From contig NW_026262679.1 in the NCBI RefSeq assembly GCF_021869535.1, positions 41,416,001-41,480,000 on the forward strand: a DNA stretch of 64,000 bases, given 5' to 3'. A program made the position numbers and the translations under genes. Of this stretch, positions 33,348 through 45,438 are shown in pieces. The notes beneath the pieces were generated by a model. It was given only the letters and a program-made list of their open reading frames with translations, searched no databases and was not told the DNA's origin. The stretch is from Mytilus californianus (Eukaryota). How positions within the stretch are numbered: position 1 is the stretch's first letter; the number at the start of each line of letters is the position of its first letter.

Positions 33348-35721
33348 TTAAGTCTCCCAAACGAAGTTTGGGAAGACTTCTTCTTCTTCTTCTTCTTCTT
33401 CTTCCGCCGCTTTTAAATTTGAACTTGTCCGCACCCGTTCTCCAAAACCGCTTGTCAGATTAACTTAGGGTTTCACAATATGTTAGACTAACATGTCTAG
33501 TGGTGCAATCAGGGTTTTGTTTGTGCAATGGGGTTTATAAAGGGGTACTTTGAGGGGCAAAAAGAAAAGAGGGTTTTACTATAGAACCCTATGGGATTTT
33601 ATTTTTTTAAATTTTCAAATGATTATAAATTGAAAACCGTTTGTGATAGACACAATCTTTTTAATTGAAAATGTTCTAAATGATAAAGCCCATTAAATGA
33701 AATACAGGGTTAGTCCCCAGGGGTCACCCCCACCCCCTGCCATTTAAGAAAGTTCTAATACCTTGTAAGTGGTAAAGATCCCCACCCCTAAACCATTTAT
33801 ATTCTGGTTTGTCATGCTAAGATGGTTTGAATGATATACAGGGTTAGTCCCCAGGGGTCATCCCGACCCCCTGCCATTTGAGAAAGTTCTTATATCTTGT
33901 AAATGGTCGAGATCCCCACCCCTAAACCATATATATTCTGGTTTGTCATGATAAAGCACATCAAATGTAATACAGGGTTAGTCCCCAGGGGTCACCCCCA
34001 CCCCCTGTCATTTAAGAAAGTTCTAATATCTTCAAAGTGGTCAAGATCCCCACCCCTAAACCATATATATTCTGGTTTGTCATGCTAAGATGGTTTGAAT
34101 GATATACAGGGTAAGTCCCCAGGGGTCATCCAGACCCCCTGCCATTTGAGAAAGTTCTAATATCTTGTAAATGGTTGAGATCCCCACCCCTAAACCATAT
34201 ATATTCTGGTTTGTCATGATAAAGCACATCAAATGAAATACAGGGTTAGTCCCCAGGGGTCACCCCCACCCCCTGCCATTTAAGAAAGTTCTAATATCTT
34301 GTAAGTGGACAAGACCCCCACCCCTAAACCATATATATTCTGGTTTGTCATGCTAAGATGGTTTGAATGATATACAGGGTTAGTCCCCAGGGGTCATCCC
34401 GACCCCCTGCCATTTGAGAAAGTTCTAATATCTTGTAAATGGTCGAGATCCCCACCCCTAAACCATATATATTCTGGTTTGTCATGATAAAGCACATCAA
34501 ATGTTATACAGGGTTAGTCCCCAGGGGTCACCCCCACCACCCGCCATTTAAGAAAGTTCTAATATCTTGTAAGTGGTCAAGATCCCCACCCCTAAATCAT
34601 ATATATTCTGGTTTGTCATGCTAAGATGGTTTGAATGATATACAGGGTTAGTCCCCAGGGGTCATCCCAACCCCCTGCCATTTGAGAAAGTTTCTAATAT
34701 CTTGTAAATGGTCGAGATCCCCACCCATAAACCATATATATTCTGGTTTGTCATGATAAAGCACATCAAATGAAATACAGGGTTAGTCCCCAGGGGTCAC
34801 ACCCACCCCCTGCCATTTAAGAAAGTTTTAATATCTTGTAAGTGGTCAAGATTCCCACCCCTAAACCATATATATTCTGGTTTGTCATGCTAAGATGGTT
34901 TGAATGATATACAGGGTTAGTCCCCAGGGGTCATCCCGACCCCCTGCCATTTGAGAAAGTTCTAATATCTTGTAAATGGTCGAGATCCCCACCCCTAAAC
35001 CATATATATATTCTGGTTTGTCATGATAAAGCACATCAAATGAAATACAGGGTTAGTCCCCAGGGGTCACCCCCACCCCCTGCCATTTAAGAAAGTTCTA
35101 ATATCTTCTAAGTGGTCAAGATCCCCACCCCTAAACCATATATATTCTGGTTTGTCATGCGAAGATGGTTTGAATGATATACAGGGTTAGTCCCAGGGGT
35201 CATCCCGACCCCCTGCCATTTGAGAAAGTTCTAATATCTTGTAAATGGTTGAGATCCCCACCCCTAAACCATATATATTCCTATTTGTCATGTCTCGAAC
35301 ATTTGAATGATGTATACGGTCAGTCCCCAGGGGTTCCCCCCACCCCCAATGTTCTAATATCTTGTAAATGGTTGAGATCCCCACCCCTAAAACATATATA
35401 TTCCTGTTCGTCATGTTATGAACATTTGAATGACGTATAGGGCCAGTCCCCAGGGGTAACTCCCCACCCCCAATGTTCTAGTATCTTGTAAATGGTCGAG
35501 ATCCCCACCCCTAAACCATATATATTCTGGTTTGTCATGCCAAGATGATTTGAATGATATACAAGGTTAGTCCCCAGGCATCACTAATGCATATAACTTT
35601 ACTGGACCAAACCAATTTTCACTGGACGTTGCCCAATGTCAGGCGACCCTGGGAATTACGAATTATGGGAGCTTCGTTTGGGAGACTTCGTAACAGCATC
35701 CTGTTACAATCATTTCTTGTT
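33348..35721 (+). mobile_element. Helentron-type family C carrying a 134-bp satellite array
   Basis: Perfect 17-bp subterminal IR aagtctcccaaacgaag (33350-33366) / cttcgtttgggagactt (35672-35688), (CTT)n after the 5' end, 3' hairpin gtaacag-catc-ctgttac, T-rich end. Confidence 0.85.
33703..35575. repeat. 134-bp tandem array, ~14 units, alternating A/B subtypes (268-bp higher-order repeat)
   Basis: tacagggttagtcccc recurs at 33703, 33837, 33971, 34105, 34239... Confidence 0.92.
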
Positions 35722-35734
35722 AATCTAAAAATTA

Positions 35735-35812
35735 TAACAAATTTGTAACGATTGAAGGACCTGTTTTCATCACACAATCAGCATTCCTATGGGAACCAAC
35801 TGTGCTCGTCTT
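35735..35812 (+). pseudogene. Decayed reverse-transcriptase fragment (Penelope-like)
   Basis: Frameshifted translation EGPVF..TISIPMGTNCARL resembles the GIPMGTNCAPLL RT motif. Confidence 0.55.
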
Positions 35813-35819
35813 GATGACT

Positions 35820-36825
35820 TTTTATACGAAGTCATGGTCGTCCGAAGACATTTGGTTTCCAGAAAATAACTTGGATATAAGTGTAGGGATCTCTATGAAA
35901 TTGTACCACAAGGTTCCATACCAAAAAAGAAAGGTTGTGATTGATTTTTGGGGTTATGGCCCTATCCGTTTACGAATTTGGGGCCGAAAACGATACTTTT
36001 CTAATACTTTGTATAAATTGCTTATTTCTTCACCAATTTCAAAGTCTTGAATTCTTGGGGTTCTTTAATATGCTGAATCTAATCGTGTATTTAGCTATTG
36101 GATTTTGGGCCCCGCTTTTTAAATTGCTCCACATCGAGGTCCATAGGGTCTAAAATTAAACTTTTCATCAAAAATTGAATTATTTGAGTTCTTTGATATG
36201 CCAAATGTAACCGTAAATTTAGATTTTTAATTTTGGGCCCTGTTTTCAAATTGATCCACGTTAAGGTCCGAAGGGTCCAAACTTGATTTCAATAAAAATT
36301 GAATTCTTGGAGTCCTTTGAAATGCAGAATCTAAACATGTATTTAGAGATATTTGATTTTGGGCTCAGTTTTCAAGTTGGTCCATATGTGGGTCCAAAAT
36401 TAAACTTAGTTTGATTTCAACAAATATTGAATATATGGGGATCTTTGATATGATGAATCTAACCGGGTAGTTAGATTTAGGATTTTGTGTCTCGTTATCA
36501 AATTGGTCCAAAGGGTCCAAAATTAAACTTTTGTTTGATTTATTTGGGATCAGAAATTGAATTCTTGGGGTTCTTTGATATGCTGAATCTATCAATCTAT
36601 TTAGAGTTTGAATATTGGACCATAATAGGTAAATGTCCAATTTCAAATTTTTAAGTTCTTGGACCACATTCATTCCGTGTCCTAAACCTATGCTGTGTCA
36701 AATATTTAATCAGAATCCAAATTCAGAGCTGTATCAAGCTTTAATGTTGTGTCCATACTTGCCCCAACTGTTCAGAGTTCATCCTTTGCGGCTGTATCAA
36801 TCTGCGTCTTGTGGAGCATTTCATT
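35820..36825 (+). mobile_element. Diverged, internally deleted family-B element (copy 3)
   Basis: Starts ttttatacga, contains B-type units (ggttctttgatatgc..aatcta) and the B 3' end (ccccaactgttcag..tgcggctgtatcaa). Confidence 0.7.
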
Positions 36826-38734
36826 ACCTATTATCTATTATAATAGGTAGAGAGAAACTTCAAAAGCAAAAATGATCAGCAAGACGAGATCTTCAAATAA
36901 ATTTTACATACGTTTTTGCCATATGTCAGAAAAACTTTAATAGATCGATAGAAACTTAAACAAGCAAAAATTATCTACAAGACGAGAACAAACAAGTTTC
37001 ATAGCCAACTCCTAATTGGAGTTATTGCCCTTTAATGACGATTTTTACATTTTTGCCTTATTTAAAATTAATGATGGATAGGTATAACTTAAATAAAACA
37101 AAAATGATGAGCAAGACATCTACAAATCAGTTTAAAGCCCGAAATCGTGAGTCGGCTCCTTATTGGAGTTCTTGCTCTTTAATGACATTTTTTTGCGTTT
37201 TTGCCCATTATGTTGAAAACTATAAAAGATAGACTTTTAAAAGCAAGACAATATTTACAAATAAGTCAAATGTTGCTGAAATCATTAGTAAACTTTAAAG
37301 GAATGATTGCCAAAATTAAAGAAGATAGAGAGAAACTAAATAAAAAAGAGATTCTTGTGATGGATTCTAATAAAGTCCACAATGTTGGTGAGTGTCCCGT
37401 GTTGAAGATGCACATAGACCTAGGAAAGCGACACCGGTTCTTCAGAGTCTATGGGATCATTGTAAGGTTTACATGTCTTTCAGACAGGGTTGACTTTACC
37501 ATATTTCATGGATCAATAATTAAGATTGAGTTTCTGCTGTCAAGTCCACTTCTCGGATATTAGTATAAGCAGAAGGTCAACTATGTTTGTTATATGGAAT
37601 GACTATAAGGTGAACACGTCCGTCTGGTAGGGTTCATCAGACATTGACCTCATTCTCGTGGTCCATTGTTCAATGTTAAGTTTTCGTGGTTTAGTCCGTT
37701 TCTTAGATTAATAAGCAGTATGTCAATCATATTTGGTATATGGAGTGATTGTAAGGTCTACACATATATAAGAATAAGGAGATGTGGTATGATTGCTAAT
37801 GAGAAAAGTCACAATTATCCATATCGGACCAAATGACATTGATGTAACTATAGGCCAGCGTACGGCTTTCAAGAATAAACAAAACCAATTCCGTATAGTA
37901 AGCTCTAAAAGACCACGACATGACAAAAGGAAAAACAATTCAAACGAGAAAACCAACGACCGACTTTTAAGTACAAAACAATTTATCATTTATTTTTGCA
38001 TTATTACTAAATGTTCCTGGGACCAATAGATAATGTATTAGTTCTTAATGTATTAAGTCTCAACCAAGTGAAGTGATCGTGACATTAGTGGTTATCATAT
38101 TGTTTTTTTTCGAAATCCCATTATTTATGGCATTCTGGAATTTATATATATTAAATAGATATGCTTTTATAATCATAAATCTAAGCTTCTAAAATGCTCG
38201 AAGCTGTCAATGGTAGTGACCACATACATTCAGACAGCAACTGCTAAGGGAGATTTGGATTATTTCTTGTGTTGTAGTCTAAGATCGATATTATAGAGTT
38301 AAATATTTTTCTTGACTTATTTTTATTGTAAGTTTATACCAGTACGTTTATATTATACTGACCAAATAAATCGGGGATGGATGTGTACTCGGAAATAACG
38401 GCGTAACATAGAACAAGAAGTCTTTACAGTACATCCGTAACTCGGACCGTCTATAAGAAGTTTGTCGCCGCGATGTTACTAGATCTGTCATTTTAGTCAT
38501 AGTTCCTATTTGGTTTGTAAGAGAGCTGGTATCTCCTGTGGTTGTCATGCATTTTATACATAAAAGGAGACGTAGGGTATATGTCTATGAGTTGGCACCT
38601 TACAACACAAAAAATAAAGGACATCAATAATAGGTCAACATAGGGTAATCCGCAACATGTCAAGCTCTCTGTCTCCTAGTCCGAGGTTGCTCTGACGTCC
38701 GTCTTTCTTGTGACTTGCTAGGTCGGTGGATTAT

Positions 38735-38840
38735 CTAGATTACTATGACGTCTGATGGTATTTTGGGGGACTTTCCTCTGTTGTGGGAACGACCCAAACA
38801 AGTCTAAAAAAAAGACCGTCAGACGTCATTGCAATCACGG
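38735..38840. mobile_element. Tiny MITE / inverted repeat
   Basis: attactatgacgtctgatggt ... accgtcagacgtcattgcaat inverted termini. Confidence 0.5.
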
Positions 38841-39631
38841 ACTATGTGTCGCCTAGAGTCGAAAAAAGTTGTTAGTAAGATGCAATCAAAAACACTTAAT
38901 TCCAACCAGTATAAAATAAAATTAAGATATAACTAAAGACAACTTCTGGTGATGTTCCTAGCTTGGTTCATGTGGCGGGGTTAACCACGTTTTTTATAAA
39001 CTGCATAATGTAACCATCCCGCTTTTATTTTTTGGTCAATGGAATAACAAAATCAACATAAAAGTATTCCACACAGGAAATCACTGGACTCTTATATGGT
39101 TATATACCAAAACAAAAATTCTACAAAACAAAAACTCAAGGTCAAGTAAATTACTAGTATTCGTTTCCTTCGGATTTTTTTCAGGATATCTTTCAAAGCG
39201 AATTTGCAAAAATGTTTTGTAACATATTGTAAAAATAGCCTTCAACAGCAATACGTTTAAATGACAGAGTATAAATATTTATGGATAAAGAATAGAGAAT
39301 AATGTACGACAAAAAATAAATAGAGAAAAATGGCCTAACAAATAATAGAATACAGCAATTAATACCTCCATCTAGACCCTAATACAGGCAAAACTTCCAG
39401 AAAAAAATGTACACCTTATAAATTAATCAGTCTCCTAGTTTGACTCTCTATCAGGGGAAATTGGCAATACCTATTCCATGGTTCAGAAGTTGTGTATATT
39501 TTATATGTATGATGCTACAATGTACATCCTTTTAATCCTTGTAAACGTTATGGACGTATTTGCTTATGTTTTTGAAATTGTAATGTTGATAAAATATTTA
39601 ATAAATAATTAAACAAAAAAATGTTATGTTA

Positions 39632-40546
39632 TCAGTGTTTAATGCCTTGTTCATTTTGAATAACCTTGTTTATAAGTTCCCACCATCTAACGAGATATTC
39701 TTCCTTGTGAAACTTCAGATGAGCTGCATGTACAGATTCCTCCCAAGACTTGACAGTCACATCGAACTGTGGAAACTTGTTATTCCAGTCTGATACCATC
39801 TCTGTCATAGTCGGCACGTGACACATTGGGTCATTGTGAGAGAAGTACATCAGTGTAGGAACAACTACTGGATCTTCTTTAAAATTTTGAACCAGTTTAT
39901 CGTAAACTTCTTTAGTCTTTTTATTAGTAGTTTTGTAGTAAGCATCCATTACAGCAATTATTGGTTTTGTCAGAGCGCCACTGTCATGAAGGGCAGCAGC
40001 TATTCCCGTAGACATATTCTCGTACGTTCCGATAACAATGCTATCAAAAACTTGACCTATGACCTTATCTCTAAAGGACCCGAATTGTGTATAACTTTCT
40101 AGTGCTAGCGTTTCACATATAGTATAATTGTAAGCCCCCACTGAAAATGCATGAATAAATATTTGTTCGTCTCTTGGCCTTTCATTTAAAAGATAGTTAA
40201 GTAGTGTCCTTGCAAATATCTCTCCTCTGGGTGGCCATAAAAAATGAACAAGTTTTCCACGTACTGTTAACACATCAAGTCCAATATCGTGATAAAGATC
40301 ACAATATTTATTTAAAGCATTCTGATTTGCATACAACCATTCGAAAACAACAACAAGAGGTTTGTTTTTAGGTATGAACTTTGCAGAATTATGGGTTAAA
40401 CTTTCTTTGTCAACTTCCCTTAGGGTCAGCAGTGGCGCGAGCTTTGTCCTTTTGACTGGAATCTTAGAGCAATGTCTAACAATAAGACCAACCGTAGTAA
40501 ATAAGGTCTTTGTCGAAGTTACTTGCTTTGCCAAGTAAAAGGACAT
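39632..40546 (-). CDS. DUF829 / TMEM53-family alpha/beta-hydrolase-fold protein, single coding exon, 304 aa
   Basis: PLVVVFEWLYA...KYCDLY...DVLTV, HAFSVG, QVFDS, PTLMYFSHNDP, SVHAAH..H.EEY match DUF829 blocks. True ATG at 40546 (in-frame TAA just upstream of the track's GTG); 5'UTR acceptor ttgttgtag at 40580. Confidence 0.85.
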   Translation of the reverse strand: MSFYLAKQVTSTKTLFTTVGLIVRHCSKIPVKRTKLAPLLTLREVDKESLTHNSAKFIPKNKPLVVVFEWLYANQNALNKYCDLYHDIGLDVLTVRGKLVHFLWPPRGEIFARTLLNYLLNERPRDEQIFIHAFSVGAYNYTICETLALESYTQFGSFRDKVIGQVFDSIVIGTYENMSTGIAAALHDSGALTKPIIAVMDAYYKTTNKKTKEVYDKLVQNFKEDPVVVPTLMYFSHNDPMCHVPTMTEMVSDWNNKFPQFDVTVKSWEESVHAAHLKFHKEEYLVRWWELINKVIQNEQGIKH

Positions 40547-43500
40547 GTTCACTTAAATCTCTCTTTTCGAGATGCTTTTCTACAACAAAAAATAAATCGG
40601 TTACCTATAAAAATGATATAAAACAAAAGCGAAATTATTATAATGTTTGAAATCAGCGTAACGGTAGACATAAAAGTTTGAAGTCTTTGAAAAAAATGCA
40701 TTGGTCTACGTCAACTTAAACATGAGGACAAACAAATACTGTCCATATAATTACTAGTAATAAATATATGGAATATTAACGAAAAGGTGTTTCTAAATTC
40801 TACAAGTTATTATCATACAATCAACAAGAATCCAGATTCCTTATAATCTCGATGTTACAATTTCATACCGATTTTTTAACAAATAGTTATCAACTATAGC
40901 TGCAGTCTTATCAATTTCCACATGTTCCTATCTAAACAAAAAGTCGTGTATTTTCAAAATAGTCCATAAATCATAATTTTTAACATCATGAATTTAGTCT
41001 TAAATAAAATTAAGTTCTTCATGCACTCAAGTTCAAGAGTTTTACTCTTTTTTAAATAGCACCACGTTCAGGGCATTATATGGCCTATTTGTATAAAATG
41101 AACACACAATATTTTTTCAGACTTTCATAAAAATCGACAGCACCACTTTCGTTTATTTCCAAAAGTATTAATATTCATAGGCTCGCGACTCACGATCAGC
41201 TATTATCTAAGGAATTGACCAGTGCTTTGGAATGGTCAAATTAATCAAATCTCTAGTTGCGTTTTGGTTATTTCGAGTCATTTGGTCTCGGTCTCTTTAA
41301 CGTTAACCCCATGTGCGGCACGTCATACTTTATTCATATGTCCTTCATTTAAAAGCGGCATTATTTTCCAAAATAAATCCATATCAACGTTTGGAGTTGA
41401 ACATTTTAAAAGTATATTTATTAACCATATAATAATATGTAGCTCCATAAGAAGTGGCCGGGCCCCCTGTCCCCTAAATCCACCTCTGGATACAAGAGTT
41501 GAACATTTTAAAATGTTGCGTTATTAAAACTCTTAGTATATACCATTTAATATGCTAAGGGAAGTAACCCAGATTTATTATTATGTCTGAACCATTATAA
41601 TATTACTAACATACAAATATATCTGAACGATTACTTACAGATAATACTAAATTTGTCAAATGTAAGTGTAAATGATATTCTTCTTTGTCATTTAGTTGAC
41701 AATGTCTGATCTGTCCACGGTACAAAAGTTAGACATTGTGATTTTGTCAATAGTGATAATTGTAAAACTAAAATCGTCGTGGGCTGGCGGTGTTAAAAAA
41801 TTCGGAAAAAAATTTTCTTCAGATATTTTATATTTTGGCCCAGAGACATAATATACACATATATATATATATGTGTATATATGTCTCTGTTTGGCCTTTT
41901 TAGAAAACGCAATTCGTCGCATTAAATACGAAAGTATTTAAATGGATTGTTGAGAAGTTGTGTGGATCCAGCGATATTTTAAATCAGGGATTTATATGAT
42001 ATAAAAATAAGAAAATGTAGTATGATTGCCAATGAGACAACTCTCTGCGAGAGACCAAATGACGTAGAAGTTAACAGATAAAGATCACCGCACGGCTTTG
42101 AAACATGAACAAAACCCATACCACATAGTAAGCTATAAAATGCCCCGAGATGACGAATGTTAAATTAACAATTTAAACGAAAACACTAACGGCCTGATTT
42201 ATGTACAAAACAATAAACGAAAAACAAAACTGATATACAGCAAAAAATGACAAAAGTCAACCATTGAATTACAGGCTTCTGACTTGTGACAGGCACATAC
42301 ATGGCGGGGTTAATCATGTTTGCTGGCGACAAACCCTCCCCCTAATCTAATTATATTTCATGCATGTTTATAGGACGAGAACATATTAACAATAAATACA
42401 ATATGTAGGTCCTATAATTGGGGTCAACCAGGATGAAAGGCAGGAAATTTGGAATGTTACTGAAAAATGCGGGTACAAACTGAAAATAACAACAAAGATC
42501 GGATTAAATAGCCCAATAACCAAAACAAGCCGTGTACATGAAAATCTTGAAATCTTTTAAATTGTTTAGCAGAAATTGTACAAATCAAGTTATTTTTGTA
42601 CGTCATTTCTGAATATTCATGCAATGCTGAATACCATTCGAAACGGTACGGGACCAATTTCCATGGTATTAAAATGTTTAAACTCATTTCTTAATACAAA
42701 ACCTAAGAGGTAGGAATGGAAGCATACATTGATACACATTTCAAGAAAAAGGACAAATTTCCATAGTATTGATTTCACCAGCGCGATCATTTTTAAAAAT
42801 CACGGGATCTTCAATGAATTTCACTTATCATAGTGTGTATTAAGGATTTCATGTCACACTTCTGAACATTGGCTTAAACTGTAGTTATGATTTATATGTA
42901 TGTGCAAATTTTGAATAAAAGTCTCAAAAATTTGAAATTATAAACCCAAATTTTCTTACAGTAAAGCTATTTAAAAAGGGACATTAACAAAATTCTTTAC
43001 ATTATTTTCCATGTTATAATTATTTGATCAAGTTTAAATAAAATTCCTTTCCTGTATAAAATTATTTTCCTTCTATTTCACGCGTTATTGTTCATATAAA
43101 TTACTCAATATCCACAGACACCTGTCAGAGACATTAAGTGCCTGTGACAATATCATATGAAAACAATTTTACATGCACCGAATTTGTATTCAAAATCTCA
43201 TAAAAACCTGTAACATCATTCATTTAAAAACTGTATATTATATATCATAACACGAGGTGTTAACTTCTATGTCATTTGGTCTCGGGTGGAGAGTTGTCTT
43301 ACTGTCAATCATACCACACCTTCTTATTTTTATATTAGCTGTGATTTTCTTTAGATATGTGTTTGAAGTTTTGAATTTTCTCTTACATAGCTACAAACAA
43401 ATTCTGGTCAGTAATAAACTATATTCTCGGGTAGTACATGTTTTATTGTGAATTATTGCATTAACTTCACTGTGCATATGCACCTCATTATTATTTACAA

Positions 43501-45300
43501 GACAATTTCATATTGTCGATAAATTACATGCATCAACATATGAATATGATTTTATATAATGCACAGGAGGCTTATCTGTCATCCCTCCTTGAATTTGTCA
43601 TATTCCAAAACGAGGCATTTTCAGCACCTTTTTTTCAAGTTAAACAAACCGCTTTGTGCTCAATTTCCAGATCGGCACTTGTTTTCATACTTCTCACATC
43701 GTTTCCATTGCACTGTACCAATATACTAAAGAAAGTTTGGTACACAAATGCTACTTCAGAAAGATGGCAAAAACATGATAATTTGGCTACGTTCTCTTAT
43801 AACATTCAAAATATTGGAGGCGTCTTATAGTTTAGTCAGCCAAGGATTACTAGACATGTTTTATAAATTACAACCTCAGAACCAAAATGTATACAAAAAT
43901 ATTTTAATGCAGTACGAGTATATGCATTTCGCCAGATTGTTCATTTCATTCACAGCATGTGTTCTGTTCTCTTTTTTTCTGTATGGGTATGAAAAAATCG
44001 AAGATCTATTTCTATAAATAAAACACTTTTTTGAAATAAAATGTGATTTAGAATATCTAGGGATATTCAGAGGTGAGTCAGAAGGTTTGGGCAGCTGATT
44101 TAAGTCCCATTTCAAGGCTTGGTAGAGCAGTCAATACTTTTTAAGGTGTATGATTAAAGACTAACGTATGTTTATATCCTGTTTTTCAAATCTAGTAACA
44201 GGAGTCAGGATATAAATACCAAGTTTTGACTCTGAACTAAGACATACATGTGTCATGTGTCATAAGTACCCGTGTAGGTTGTATTAAGGATCAGTTTGGA
44301 GAACAGTTTCATAAAATGGCTATGTTTTTCATGTCGCAGCATTTTTAGCCACCTATACGGTATGGGTTTTTTTCTCATTGTTGAAGGCCGTACGGTTGCC
44401 TATAGTTGCTTACGTCCACTTCATTAGAACTTTGGTGAATAGTTGTCTCATTGGAAATCATACCACATCTTCTTATTTTCATATGTATATGAAGAGAGTA
44501 CTAGTATTGCAAAACCCCAACACGTTCCATACAGTAAGACAATTCATGATAATCTTTTTAATTCATTTTAGTTCTAAATAGCTTATATATTTAATTCGAT
44601 GTCATTTAAAAGGTTGGTTAAAATGTGAAGACTGTCCTTTTCCTAGCAGTACATGCAGGGGGGATGGTTCGAAGCGACATATTACTATACGTACCTTATT
44701 ATAATTGGAACTCTGTCAAATAAACGATTCAGAATGAACTTAATATACCAAGTTTGATGTGTAGTTCTTTTATAGTCGACAATGAAAAGGACTGATTTTT
44801 AGGATATCATTTAATAATGCAACTTTTTCTGTATGTAAGCACGTAGATGTATATTTGAAGAAATACTATTTCAATAAAAAAAAATACAAATAAAAATGAA
44901 CGGAAGCAGTAACAATATTTTCTTCAAATAAATCAGTCATACGGGAACTTCCAGCTAGGAACAGTTGAACGTGAAAGTATTGATGCGATTGATTTACGAA
45001 TATAACAATCTTAAATAAAAAAAAGTTGAAAAATGAGACGAGGCATCTGCTGGGTTTGTCTCTATTCTAGAGTTCAGACTTTAAATATCGTATAAATCAT
45101 AAACGGGTGCTTTTTCACCAGTTGTTAAAAATATACAAAAAATATGCATATGCAACTTTTCGTAATTCTTTCATGAAATCGATTCTTCAGTTTATTGAAC
45201 TGTTCTATGAAAACATAGTTTTATACACGAATATGAAGTTGAAGCTATCGAGCACTTAGGCGTACGATGAAAAGGGCAAGTATCTAACCCGAATAATTCT

Positions 45301-45438
45301 GGCCTTGCGGTCATAAAAATTTGGAGCACGATTATCGTACTCAAGACTCATCAATCAACCAATCAAAATACTGAAATTAGTGTTTCGAGCACAAGTTTTG
45401 TACTCCGAGTACTGAGTAAAGTTTTATGACTGAGAGCG
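45301..45438. mobile_element. Small MITE
   Basis: cttgcggtcataaaa ... ttttatgactgagag imperfect terminal inverted repeats. Confidence 0.4.

Noticed and set aside
33903-35440. Repeated 61-aa ORFs MVEIPTPKPYIFW...
   Set aside because: Chance reading frames of the 134/268-bp satellite.
33703-35575. Possible CRISPR-like regular arrays (also 48241-48780)
   Set aside because: Units are contiguous with no unique spacers, there are no cas genes, and the context is eukaryotic.
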